Shown piece after piece: positions 27,934-36,963 of a stretch of DNA of 64,000 bases. The position numbers and the translations under genes were made by a program. Within the stretch, counting starts at the first letter, position 1; each line of letters begins with the position of its first letter. Below the pieces are notes generated by a model, which saw nothing but the letters and a program-made list of their open reading frames with translations, did not search any database and was not told the DNA's origin. This DNA is from a virus: the IMG/VR virus record IMGVR_UViG_3300046780_000733; one strand, written 5' to 3'.

Positions 27934-29232
27934 CTACAACGGAAATAGACTCATGTTGGACTTGTCTGATTTGATGCGATTCTCGGCAATCGCCGCGTAC
28001 TTGGGGTTCAACTCGATCCCGATGTAGCGACGCCCCAGCCGCTGCGATGCGATACCTGTGGTGCCGACTCCAAAAAACATATCGAGTATGGTCTGTGGGA
28101 CTGGTTCATGCTCGGGGCACTTGCAGGACGGTTTCCAGCCGATCGTCTCGGACTTGGGAGGTTCAAGCATGGTGCCCGATGGAGACGTGCGACCGATCTC
28201 TCCTGCCATCGCACCCCGATGGTAATCCGGAGAACCGATCGGGGTGCGATGCACAACCCGACGCCACGTAGAACCACAAGAAGGACATTCTCCAGTCTCT
28301 GAAGATCCAGCCTTGATGCACCGCTCAGCGAGATCGACAGGCATCGTGGCGTAGTGCTTCACGCCCGAGGGCTTCGTTGTGATGTCCCACACGGAACGCA
28401 GGTTTCTACCATCTGTGAAATCAACGTTCTTGAAGCCTTTGTGGGGCCCGCTAATGGACGCTGTATTTATCCAGTCCTTGACTTCCCCGTCTCTTCCAGT
28501 TCCATTCTTCCCGTATCTCTTGTCTTTGCTCATCCACTCCCCGACAGGTTCCTTGACAGCCTCCGCGTCGTAGAAATATCTCTGCGACTTCGCGAGCAGG
28601 AAAACGTACTCGTGGGCCCGAGACGGCCTATCGGTCACGCTCTCGGGTAGCGCGTTGGGTTTTGACCACACATTGTCGCCCCGAACCCACCATCCGTCGT
28701 CATGGAGAGCGATAGCCACGCGATGCGGTATCAACATCAGATCTTTTGGTTTGAATCCAGTGTTTCGGCGTCCTCGCTGCCCGACCATTTCGCCATCGGC
28801 CGAATGCTGGTTCTTACTGTCCGACCTGCCACCCCACTTCGTGTCATTTGAAAACGCATCTCCCAAATTCAACCAAACCGTGCCGTCGTCTCGGAGCACC
28901 CTTCTGACTTCCCTGAACACCTCGACTAGTTTCTCGATGAATTCGGACGGCGAATTCTCCAGTCCAATCTGCTGATCGATACGAATCGCGCCGCAACGGC
29001 ATTCCTTGCGATTCAGCCTGTCAGCCTTGGAAGCGTGGCCGGTCAGAACGGCCACGCTTCCTTTGGGACCAAGGGCCACGCCGACGCCGTGCTCGCACGC
29101 GGGATCTCCACCTTCCCAGCGTCCTGTCCCGTAGTCGCGGAGATTGAAATAGGGAGGCGATGTGCAACACATCTGGACTGACCTGTCGGGCAGCGTCCTC
29201 AGTTTCTCAAGTGCATCACCAACCAGGATCAT
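27934..29232 (-). CDS. Orphan DNA methyltransferase, beta class N4-C/N6-A
   Basis: GDALE.L, CTSPPY, WSKPNALPESVTDRP, H.ATMP, LDMFFGVGTT, IGIELN. Confidence 0.92.
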   Translation of the reverse strand: MILVGDALEKLRTLPDRSVQMCCTSPPYFNLRDYGTGRWEGGDPACEHGVGVALGPKGSVAVLTGHASKADRLNRKECRCGAIRIDQQIGLENSPSEFIEKLVEVFREVRRVLRDDGTVWLNLGDAFSNDTKWGGRSDSKNQHSADGEMVGQRGRRNTGFKPKDLMLIPHRVAIALHDDGWWVRGDNVWSKPNALPESVTDRPSRAHEYVFLLAKSQRYFYDAEAVKEPVGEWMSKDKRYGKNGTGRDGEVKDWINTASISGPHKGFKNVDFTDGRNLRSVWDITTKPSGVKHYATMPVDLAERCIKAGSSETGECPSCGSTWRRVVHRTPIGSPDYHRGAMAGEIGRTSPSGTMLEPPKSETIGWKPSCKCPEHEPVPQTILDMFFGVGTTGIASQRLGRRYIGIELNPKYAAIAENRIKSDKSNMSLFPL

Positions 29233-29714
29233 TTGCTCTCCCGCAGTTCAACCTTGTAAACCATGGCGTCGTCCTTGTAGCACTCGACGGCCGCAGGACA
29301 CCCTACGCCCATCGCATTAACGTTGGCGCTCCATCGCCTAAACTGAATCTCCGTACGCTCCACCTTCTCCATCAACCGGCAACTCGGCTCCATGTCCTCG
29401 GTGAACCTGTCGCCCACGGAGAGGTCTCCGAATCTCACTTGGGAAGGATCGCTGGAAGGAACCTTCGGTTGCCCAAAGACTCGGTGTTTTCGCCCCACGT
29501 GCAAGACGTCTCCGACGCGCGGTTCGTGTTCGTCGCTGGTGCTCTTGATCTCAATCCCGTTGATCGACACGATCCCAATCCAGATCGCCCTTCGCGCTTC
29601 ATCGGTGCTGGCGACCAACTCTTGTTTCTTGAGCAGATCGACAACCTTCACAGGGCTCGCCGTGCTGCTGGAGCATGCGAAGACAACGATACAGAAACTT
29701 CCAAAGACTCTCAT
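29229..29714 (-). CDS. S4-like RNA-binding domain fused to an SH3/KOW-like domain
   Basis: VVDLL..LVAS.DEARRAI..G.V.ING..GDVLHVGRK resembles the TyrRS C-terminal S4 domain; C-terminal FGDL.VGDRF. Confidence 0.6.
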   Translation of the reverse strand: MRVFGSFCIVVFACSSSTASPVKVVDLLKKQELVASTDEARRAIWIGIVSINGIEIKSTSDEHEPRVGDVLHVGRKHRVFGQPKVPSSDPSQVRFGDLSVGDRFTEDMEPSCRLMEKVERTEIQFRRWSANVNAMGVGCPAAVECYKDDAMVYKVELRESK

Positions 29715-29920
29715 CGCGGAATTTTACTCCACGGGAAAACTTCCCACGGGGCAGACCTTGTCGTCTGCTGGGTCGGCGGACATGGAGAGGAAGGGGGCAC
29801 GTTGATATAGGTTGGCACCCATGGCGCAGGCGTGGACACGTACGGCCAGCCGTGGTCACACGCGTTCTGGTGCGGCGCGACTCCTCGACCACACTTGGGG
29901 CAGATCCATGGTTGGTTCAC
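29711..29920 (-). CDS. Small zinc-ribbon protein
   Basis: WICPKCGRGVAP...CDH. Confidence 0.55.
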   Translation of the reverse strand: MNQPWICPKCGRGVAPHQNACDHGWPYVSTPAPWVPTYINVPPSSPCPPTQQTTRSAPWEVFPWSKIPR

Positions 29921-30141
29921 TGATGTTCTCCGTCATGGCGAGCGATCGACGCATTGGCCCAGTAGACCACTTCTTCGAGATGCGTGATCGCCAACGATTG
30001 CTCGCGCGAGTCCGGCGTGTTGGCGACGATGTGCCGAGCAAACTCCTTGGCCCAGTGGCGAATCCCCTCGTACTTGTCGGGCTGGCTCGGCTTTGGGGCG
30101 TGATACGTGAACCTGTTTTCGAGATCGGCGGCAGTGATCAA
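29917..30141 (-). CDS. Acb2/Tad1-like helical-hairpin protein (candidate signal-nucleotide sponge)
   Basis: TTG start after AGGAG; RFTYHAP..YEGIR..AK..P.SREQSLAITHLEE..YWANASIAR. Confidence 0.65.
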   Translation of the reverse strand: MITAADLENRFTYHAPKPSQPDKYEGIRHWAKEFARHIVANTPDSREQSLAITHLEEVVYWANASIARHDGEHQ

Positions 30142-30160
30142 TGGCGTGCTCCTGCTTCTG

Positions 30161-30373
30161 TCACATGGACCGGCGAAGTCCGTCTCGGACGATTTCCGAC
30201 TGCCTGTCGATGCGATCGAGTCGCTCGTGAAAGAATTCCTCAATGTCGGCGAACGGCACCACGCACACCGGCTGATCCGAGCGCGTGATCTCCACACTTC
30301 CATCAGCCGACACAAACGTGGTCCCGCATTCAGTTTCGTACTTGCCAAGAGTTTCCTTGTCGATCCAAGTCAT
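30161..30373 (-). CDS. Hypothetical protein
   Basis: 70-aa ORF with an AAGGA RBS after the portal gene. Confidence 0.45.
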   Translation of the reverse strand: MTWIDKETLGKYETECGTTFVSADGSVEITRSDQPVCVVPFADIEEFFHERLDRIDRQSEIVRDGLRRSM

Positions 30374-30387
30374 CGAATTATCCTTTT

Positions 30388-32052
30388 CTATTGAGTGATC
30401 CCGTAGTTGGCTCCGTCAGACATCGCCTGACGCTGCCTCGTCTGCACGGCACGCAATTGGTACTCAATCTCTTCATCCCTCATTTTTTTCATGGATTCGA
30501 GAGTTTTTTCGTCGTAACCAGCTCTGATCATCGAGAGTTCCAGCGGAACCCCTGACTCTCTAAGGGTTTTCACCACATTCGCTCGATGCAATTCTTCTTC
30601 AAGTTTGTCAAATTCGTTGAGGGCGAAAACAGCCCTGGGGCCGATCGTGTGCGCGAGTTCCCCGCTATAGAACGAATTCTTTCCAAACCCCTCGTACCCC
30701 GGGTATCCCTTTTGAGCCCCGATCGCGATCGCCATCTGGTGGATCTTGACCAGCGCTTCGTCGTAGACGGCGCGACGCTGGGTTACCAGTGCCTCAGCCT
30801 TCTCTCGGGCGACACGCAGAGCCCTTCCTGAAGCGTCTCCCGTGGCCACAGCGAGGTCCGCGGTCAACTCTGGGTGTTCGGCCTCGATTGTCTTCTGGAT
30901 CGCCTGGATGTTGCTCAGGACGTCCGCGATGTTCAGCGTCGCTACTAGCGCCTGGGCCTTGGCGTTGGAATCCGACGAGTAGATGATCGGGACACGCTGC
31001 CGGCCCTGACCTTCCTTGTCGTCGGGCTGATTGGTGGTGATCGACATGTTCTCGGGGACCAGACCCGCGAACAGCCACGGGCACTCCACGGTCCTGCGCA
31101 CGTGGTCGCCGAGCTTCGACGCCTGGTCATCGACCTCAAAGAGCTTGCTCACGAGGCCGAAGTATTCGCCCACGCCCCACTTGAGCCCGATGTTTTTGTG
31201 CTGGACACGAACGAACGGCACGAACCCGTAGTCTTCCATCCACTGGGTGCCGCGCGGCATCGTCCCCCATCGATCCTGGTGTGCCCAGTCGAATGGCTCA
31301 TTGTCCAGGAAGGTCTCGTAGATGATCTCGTCGCCCCTGCGATGGCACACCTCCTTGTACAGGACGTGGGGCACGGGGATCGTACCAGACTGCATATAGA
31401 GTTCTAGCCTGGGGTCGGGACGCATGTACATGCGAACGTAGCCGCGCACGTTCCCGTGCGAGTCTTCATCGACGTCGAACACCGTTCTGGGATCGATCAC
31501 CCTGATCCGAACAAGTTTGTCGTCGGGGTCGTCCTCGACGGTGAGCATGACGTCGCCCATGACGGCACCGAAGCGGCCATAGATCTCCTTCTCTGACTGC
31601 CAGTGCGAGTCGAGCCAGAGCTTGGAGAGTGCTGGCCGAATATTGTCGTTTTTGGTGACGATAGGTATCGCGGTGGGCTTGACGTCGCCGTCGCCGGCAT
31701 CGGGGTCAAGGCTGCCCCCGCAGAGATGCGTGGCCCAGAACTCGCCAAGACGATGAGCTGGCGAGTAGATGGTGCGGATGTGCTCGTAAAGGGCGTTCTC
31801 TTCCTTCAGTTCCTCGGCCCACTCGTTGATCCGCCGGTAGATCGTGGCCTCGTAGTGCGACCAGTAGTTCGCGTACCTGTTCCTGCGGTTCGTGTACAAC
31901 TGCCAGTCGCGGGCATCGCCGAAGACGTTCTGCGTGACGAACGCTCGCTCGTCCCAACGGATGGTAATTCGTCCGGAGATCGACGCGGCCAGGTTACTCA
32001 GACCGTTGAGATCGCCCATCGGCACCGAACTGGCGGTGTATCTCTGTGCCAT
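30388..32052 (-). CDS. Portal protein
   Basis: 554 aa after terminase; G.V.GD.ML.V, YGFVPFV, SG.ALR motifs of SPP1-gp6-like portals. Confidence 0.8.
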   Translation of the reverse strand: MAQRYTASSVPMGDLNGLSNLAASISGRITIRWDERAFVTQNVFGDARDWQLYTNRRNRYANYWSHYEATIYRRINEWAEELKEENALYEHIRTIYSPAHRLGEFWATHLCGGSLDPDAGDGDVKPTAIPIVTKNDNIRPALSKLWLDSHWQSEKEIYGRFGAVMGDVMLTVEDDPDDKLVRIRVIDPRTVFDVDEDSHGNVRGYVRMYMRPDPRLELYMQSGTIPVPHVLYKEVCHRRGDEIIYETFLDNEPFDWAHQDRWGTMPRGTQWMEDYGFVPFVRVQHKNIGLKWGVGEYFGLVSKLFEVDDQASKLGDHVRRTVECPWLFAGLVPENMSITTNQPDDKEGQGRQRVPIIYSSDSNAKAQALVATLNIADVLSNIQAIQKTIEAEHPELTADLAVATGDASGRALRVAREKAEALVTQRRAVYDEALVKIHQMAIAIGAQKGYPGYEGFGKNSFYSGELAHTIGPRAVFALNEFDKLEEELHRANVVKTLRESGVPLELSMIRAGYDEKTLESMKKMRDEEIEYQLRAVQTRQRQAMSDGANYGITQ

Positions 32053-32118
32053 CTAGTCCTCGCGCAAGAAAGCCGTTCGCTGTCCCACTTTGAGGGCTGT
32101 CTCGGCAACGAGGCGCAT

Positions 32119-32147
32119 AAAAAAGGCCCACCGGAGATCCGATGGGC
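32119..32147 (-). terminator. Rho-independent terminator closing the moron
   Basis: GCCCATCGG-ATCT-CCGGTGGGC stem (one G-U pair), then C and T6 on the minus strand. Confidence 0.7.
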
Positions 32148-32174
32148 ATTGGGAGAGCGAAGAGGATTCGTTTT

Positions 32175-32693
32175 CTATTCGACGGTCATCAGGTGACGCG
32201 ATCCGACCTCGCAGTTAGGAAAGACGCCATCTTCGCTGGTGTTCACCATCTGTTCGGTTGCCACGTAGATGCCGACCGAGTATTCCCCAGGTTCCATGTC
32301 GGGTATGACCCAGGAGACGTCCTTGGACCAGTGGCCAACGCCCTTGCGGTCGGTGACGTGATCGATCTTGATAAGGGGAATCAGCAGAGTCCCGTCAGAC
32401 TCGCCCACGCGAATCCAGACGTCATATTCTCGGGCGTCCGGCACGTGAGGGCTCGTCTCGGGCAGCACCACCTCTATCTTGGCGCGAACTTCGAGGACTC
32501 CCGGTGCCCCATAGTTCTGATGGTCGTACACGATGCGCATGTGCGTGTTGTCAGGTCCATGTTGGCCCCTGACTAACTCGACGCGCTTCCCGTCCTGGAA
32601 CACCTGGGCGCAAATCGCGGTCGCTCCAATCCAGCCGACGAACGCGCTGATTACGACGACGGCCAGAATCTTGATCGCTTTACTCATGATCAT
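32175..32693 (-). CDS. Moron gene 2: exported beta-sandwich protein
   Basis: Signal-like N-terminus; W.IP.MEPGEYSVGI; GGAGG RBS. Confidence 0.6.
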   Translation of the reverse strand: MIMSKAIKILAVVVISAFVGWIGATAICAQVFQDGKRVELVRGQHGPDNTHMRIVYDHQNYGAPGVLEVRAKIEVVLPETSPHVPDAREYDVWIRVGESDGTLLIPLIKIDHVTDRKGVGHWSKDVSWVIPDMEPGEYSVGIYVATEQMVNTSEDGVFPNCEVGSRHLMTVE

Positions 32694-32743
32694 TCCTCCG
32701 AAATTTGTCGTTGATGGTAAAACTCGCGTGCTCCTCCAGGTTA

Positions 32744-33274
32744 TCACGGAGGCGTTGTGGCCACAACCGTGGTGTCCTGGTCCCAGCCTGAGTAACTCAT
32801 CGTGTCCGTGTCAGACCCCGAGTAGTTGTACCCCGTGTAGACTGTGGCGGTCGTCTGATAACTGGTGTTTGCACGGGCCTCGCACGCTCCGCACGTGCCG
32901 TAGAACAGCGTGTTGTCGTAGTAATTGCTGCATCCCCAGAAGTCACAACTGAATGTCCCTGGGTTGAGTCCGGAATCGCTGAGGACCGTCCCGAAGCCGT
33001 TGGCTATGATGATTTGCACCCGGAATGCGTACTTTGCAGTCGTACGCATTGCCATGCCGCCGCCGCCGTACATCCTTGCATAGCAAGTCCCCTTCACGTC
33101 GTATGTTCCAGACGCACAACTGCATCCCGTGGGGTAAGTCGGGCCACCGGGGGTCGGATAATACGGGCACACACCGGCCGACGAGCAGTACGTTGCCGTC
33201 GCGCTCGCCGTCATGGACAATAGCGCAACGACAGCCAAACCAAGCCTTCTCATCATGATCGTCCAATCTTTCAT
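32744..33274 (-). CDS. Moron gene 1: Cys-rich secreted protein
   Basis: MRRLGLAVVALLSMTASATA signal peptide; 9 Cys; AGGAG RBS. Confidence 0.6.
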   Translation of the reverse strand: MKDWTIMMRRLGLAVVALLSMTASATATYCSSAGVCPYYPTPGGPTYPTGCSCASGTYDVKGTCYARMYGGGGMAMRTTAKYAFRVQIIIANGFGTVLSDSGLNPGTFSCDFWGCSNYYDNTLFYGTCGACEARANTSYQTTATVYTGYNYSGSDTDTMSYSGWDQDTTVVATTPP

Positions 33275-33348
33275 CTGTCAAATCACTCCTGAAAGGGAGA
33301 AAAACTTCCCTGGACACCAGGCCAAGATCGATTCGCAATCCGAGAACG

Positions 33349-33376
33349 ATTCTAATCCCGAATCACAGGAATGCAA
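33349..33376 (-). promoter_or_regulatory. Putative sigma70 promoter of the moron
   Basis: TTGCAT-N16-TAGAAT. Confidence 0.45.
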
Positions 33377-33406
33377 GCCCAATCCGAAAGATTTTCACCG
33401 GAAACA

Positions 33407-34933
33407 TCATCCTCTCCATGCTTGGAATGGGTTGTCCGCTATTTCCGCTCTCTGGGCGTGCTTCTTGGCGAGCGCGTTAGTCAGAAATCCGCATCCAATA
33501 CTGAGAGCGAGAGCGCGGTCGTCGTGGGAACCAGCGACTGCGCAACTTATGCCTCGTTTGTTCACGTGCAGGGACTGGAGTTCCGCGATCGTGGCTTCGT
33601 CGTGGATGATGATCGATCTGTCCCTGAGATGGCCGGCTAGAGACGAGACAGCAGGCTCTCTCGTGACCTCGTTGGTGAGCCACCCCGGCTTGCCGTCGTG
33701 GCCGACGCCGATCCTTCGGTACTTGGAGAGTTTCAGAGCCGTTAGTACGGCATGCCCGTGATTGTTGCGTTCCACGACAATCTCCGGGAGCGTCCGAGGA
33801 TCTCTCGCGTCCGAGTACCAGTGAGCCAGCTTCATCATGTACATAGCGAACACGTCTGGCTCCCATCGCCCGTGGAGCACGCACTGGACGGCGAGTTTGT
33901 CCAGGCTGATCACGAATCCGGCTGAGTAATCTGGGTCGCCCTCGCCATCTTCGAGTCCCTCGGCGACGTCCGCGCAGATCAAATACTTACGGCCCCCAAC
34001 TGGAGCATTGTAGAGGCTTACCCCCGGGATGGCCTGGATGTTGAGAGGGAGTTCGCCGCGAGGAGTAGGACTGCGGACCAACTTGGTCTGATATTCGATC
34101 CACTCGTACTCGAATCTCGCGCGTCCACTCGACACGAACGCTTCAAACGCCGTCGCCGGGTAGTTCTGGGGGATCTTCTTTGGATCGGGGGATTCCGCCC
34201 TGACCTTCTCGAACCATTCGGCGGTTCGCGTTGGCCTCGCCCACCAAGGCAAGAAGACAGTCGAAAATCCATTTTTGTTGTCGCGAGCCTTAGACCACAG
34301 GCTATGGAACATTCCGCCGACGCCGTTGGCGGTGCTGAACACGATCATCTGGCCACCGGCGTCGATCGTCGGCTTCACGGAGTTCATTAACTCCGTCGCC
34401 TGCAAAATATGGGCAGCCTCGTCGATCACCAGGATCGATGCCGTATAGGATACGCCGGACGACTTGGTCGCCGGCATCGACCTTATTTTGGACCCATTGG
34501 TGAGCCTGAAGTCCCGCTTGGTCTCACCCTCGGGCCGCGGGAGAATCTCGCGCAACCAATCGGGCAGCCGTTCGTACATCGCCTTGATGCGGCGAAGCAA
34601 CTCGTTGGCCTCGCTCTGGCCCTTCGAGAACAGGAAGATGTCCTGGTTGCCCTTGAATAACGCCGCCCAGAGCACGAACGAGCATACCACCCACGAGATC
34701 CCGAGCTGGCGAGCCTTGAGCATCACCAGTCGCTTCTCACGCATCAACCGCCAGAACACCTGGACCTGCGCGGGCCACAGTTTGAATGGCGTGGTTCCCG
34801 CGCATTCCCCCGCGACGCCCTGGGTGTCGTCGATGATGCAGTAATTGTGGCAAAAATAAGAGGCGTCGGCGGCACACGCCAGGTATTCGGAGGACGGATC
34901 GGCAACGCCATCCTTCAGGTTGTCATCGCTCAC
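33407..34933 (-). CDS. terL: Terminase large subunit
   Basis: LKARQLGISW (Walker A), LVIDEAA (Walker B), STANG, ADVAEG, HDD nuclease motifs; GTG start overlaps the terS stop. Confidence 0.93.
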   Translation of the reverse strand: MSDDNLKDGVADPSSEYLACAADASYFCHNYCIIDDTQGVAGECAGTTPFKLWPAQVQVFWRLMREKRLVMLKARQLGISWVVCSFVLWAALFKGNQDIFLFSKGQSEANELLRRIKAMYERLPDWLREILPRPEGETKRDFRLTNGSKIRSMPATKSSGVSYTASILVIDEAAHILQATELMNSVKPTIDAGGQMIVFSTANGVGGMFHSLWSKARDNKNGFSTVFLPWWARPTRTAEWFEKVRAESPDPKKIPQNYPATAFEAFVSSGRARFEYEWIEYQTKLVRSPTPRGELPLNIQAIPGVSLYNAPVGGRKYLICADVAEGLEDGEGDPDYSAGFVISLDKLAVQCVLHGRWEPDVFAMYMMKLAHWYSDARDPRTLPEIVVERNNHGHAVLTALKLSKYRRIGVGHDGKPGWLTNEVTREPAVSSLAGHLRDRSIIIHDEATIAELQSLHVNKRGISCAVAGSHDDRALALSIGCGFLTNALAKKHAQRAEIADNPFQAWRG

Positions 34934-35607
34934 ACTGATTCCCTCACTGGCACTTCGATCGGGTTGACTGAGGTGCCGGGCGGATTCAGTTCGATGCTCT
35001 CCAGGGACTTCAACTGCTCCTGGCGGAACTGGGCAAGTTTCCGCTGTGCTTCCTCGATCGTCTCTTCCGATGGGTCGAACTGGGCCTTGTTGCCCTCGTT
35101 GAGCAGATCGACGCACTCCAGTTCGCAGGCTGTCTTGGCCAGCACCGCGATGTCTCGCAACTGCCACTTCGCTGGCTCCATCACCACCGAGTGGTAGGTG
35201 ATGGTCCCGTCCTCGTTGGTGGTCTTGGAGTCCTCGATGACGCGCGTCGTGGGGGTGCGGAGCATCTCGTGCACCTTGTCACGGAGCAAGTCTGCCACAT
35301 GCAGATTGGCGTCAATACGTCGCTCTCGGTCGGCAGCACGCCGGATCGCCGACCTCTCCTGGGTCCGCAATTCAGTGCTGGCTTTTTTCTCAGCCAGCCG
35401 GGCTTCCCAAGCGAGACATCGATCGTCCCACTTGAATTTGCGACTCCATTTTCGCAAACCGGCGACATTCGAGACGCAGTTGAATTGCTCGTCAAACTGG
35501 ACCCGGAGATCCTCGATATTGCGCCCAGGTCCTGAGTCTCTGTAAAAAATAAACGCAGCGTAACTTCTTGATGTTTCGCCTTTAATCGGCTGCCAAGGCT
35601 CTTTCAC
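34930..35607 (-). CDS. terS: Putative terminase small subunit
   Basis: PW...GET..SYAAF..YRD.GPGR..WS....W..R HTH-type N-terminus; coupled to terL; GGAGG RBS. Confidence 0.7.
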   Translation of the reverse strand: MKEPWQPIKGETSRSYAAFIFYRDSGPGRNIEDLRVQFDEQFNCVSNVAGLRKWSRKFKWDDRCLAWEARLAEKKASTELRTQERSAIRRAADRERRIDANLHVADLLRDKVHEMLRTPTTRVIEDSKTTNEDGTITYHSVVMEPAKWQLRDIAVLAKTACELECVDLLNEGNKAQFDPSEETIEEAQRKLAQFRQEQLKSLESIELNPPGTSVNPIEVPVRESV

Positions 35608-35750
35608 GACCGTCCTCCGGTGAACAGTTTCTCCCCGTTGATTGGCCGATTTCGGAAACTTTGGGTATTTTTTGAAGATTGCTCTTGCGGAATTACGAAT
35701 CCAGGTTAAATTCAGGATATGGATCACGAACGCTAGGCAGGAGTCAAGCG

Positions 35751-36473
35751 ATGTGCAAAGCAATCGGATACAAGAGGGTCAGCAAAGACAGTCAGGCTGA
35801 ATCTGGCGCTGGCATGAACGCCCAGGACGACGTCATCAAGGCGTGCGCCGATCGCCTCGGCGTTGAGCTGGTGAGGATTTTCGCCACCGAAGACGCCGGA
35901 GTGAGTTCGGTGTCACCGCTCGAAGATCGGCCAGAGTTATTCGAGGCGATCTCCTGCCTCGAAAAAGGCGACATCCTGATCGTCGCCAAGCGAGACCGGC
36001 TCGGCAGAGACCCGATCATCGTCGCAATGATCGAAGCCGCAGTTCGGCGAAAAGGTGCCCGAATTATCTCTGCGGCCGGCGAAGGCACCGAAAGCGACAG
36101 CCCAACCGACGTGCTGATGCGCCGAATCGTCGATGCTTTCGGCGAGTACGAGCGGCTCATCATCAAAGTCAGAACCATTTCAGCCCTTAAGGCCAAGAAG
36201 ATTCGCGGCGAGCGAACTGGTTCTGTCCCGTTTGGTAAAAAACTTGCCGAGAACGGCAAAACCTTGCTCGACAATCCTGGTGAAATGGAAATCGCACGCA
36301 TCGCACGGCGGCTGCGTCGAGAAGGCTTGTCTCTCAAAGAGATCGCCGACCGACTAAACGAAGACGGGATCTCGACCAAGAACAAGGGTGTCGTACGCAA
36401 GGATGGACGTGTCATCGTTGGCCGATGGCACAAGATGTCGGTCCAGCGGATTCTGAAAGCGAACATCCTCTAG
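35751..36473 (+). CDS. Serine recombinase (resolvase/invertase family)
   Basis: GYKRVS..Q, RP.L, KRDRLGR, EYER..I..RT, PFG and a C-terminal HTH. Confidence 0.92.
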   Translation: MCKAIGYKRVSKDSQAESGAGMNAQDDVIKACADRLGVELVRIFATEDAGVSSVSPLEDRPELFEAISCLEKGDILIVAKRDRLGRDPIIVAMIEAAVRRKGARIISAAGEGTESDSPTDVLMRRIVDAFGEYERLIIKVRTISALKAKKIRGERTGSVPFGKKLAENGKTLLDNPGEMEIARIARRLRREGLSLKEIADRLNEDGISTKNKGVVRKDGRVIVGRWHKMSVQRILKANIL

Positions 36474-36491
36474 GCACCCGGAGACCCACGA

Positions 36492-36746
36492 ATGGCTCTC
36501 AGCGACAAATGGTACCTTTTCGTCGGTGGCCCATGGAACAACTTGCTGCTAAACATGGGACATGGGAAGCACACGGAGTTCCGTGTTCCTCGCCTGCAAG
36601 AGACGATTCAGTTTGATGCAGATGATTTGCAGCAAACCATGTACGAGACGTACACGCTTGACCATCCCCTGCCCACCGGAGTCAAGGTGATGTCGTGCCT
36701 GTTTCGTCACTCGTCGATGCTCGGACGGGTTCCAGTGAACCCATGA
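36492..36746 (+). CDS. Hypothetical protein (FVGGP motif)
   Basis: GGAG RBS; motif shared with 39981-40268. Confidence 0.5.
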   Translation: MALSDKWYLFVGGPWNNLLLNMGHGKHTEFRVPRLQETIQFDADDLQQTMYETYTLDHPLPTGVKVMSCLFRHSSMLGRVPVNP

Positions 36747-36932
36747 TATACGCGCCTGAAGCCCCGTGGTGCCGACGCTGCGGCGAGGTACTTGAGCAAG
36801 AACCTATGGACTGGTCATACGTAGAACACGGATGGGTGTGCGGGCGGTGCGTGCGGACCAGCGATGCGCCACCGCCGACCCAAGAAGAACTGGACGAACT
36901 CACGGATCGCCGGATCGCTGAGTTTGAGAAAA

Positions 36933-36947
36933 GTTTCCGTCGGAAAC
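36933..36947. repeat. GTTTCCGNCGGAAAC palindrome, copy 4
   Basis: AAAGTTTCCGTCGGAAAC, inside a CDS. Confidence 0.85.
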
Positions 36948-36963
36948 CACAGGAGAAAAGCTA

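Noticed and set aside
35792-36466. Minus-strand 224-aa ORF
   Set aside because: Shadow of the serine recombinase.
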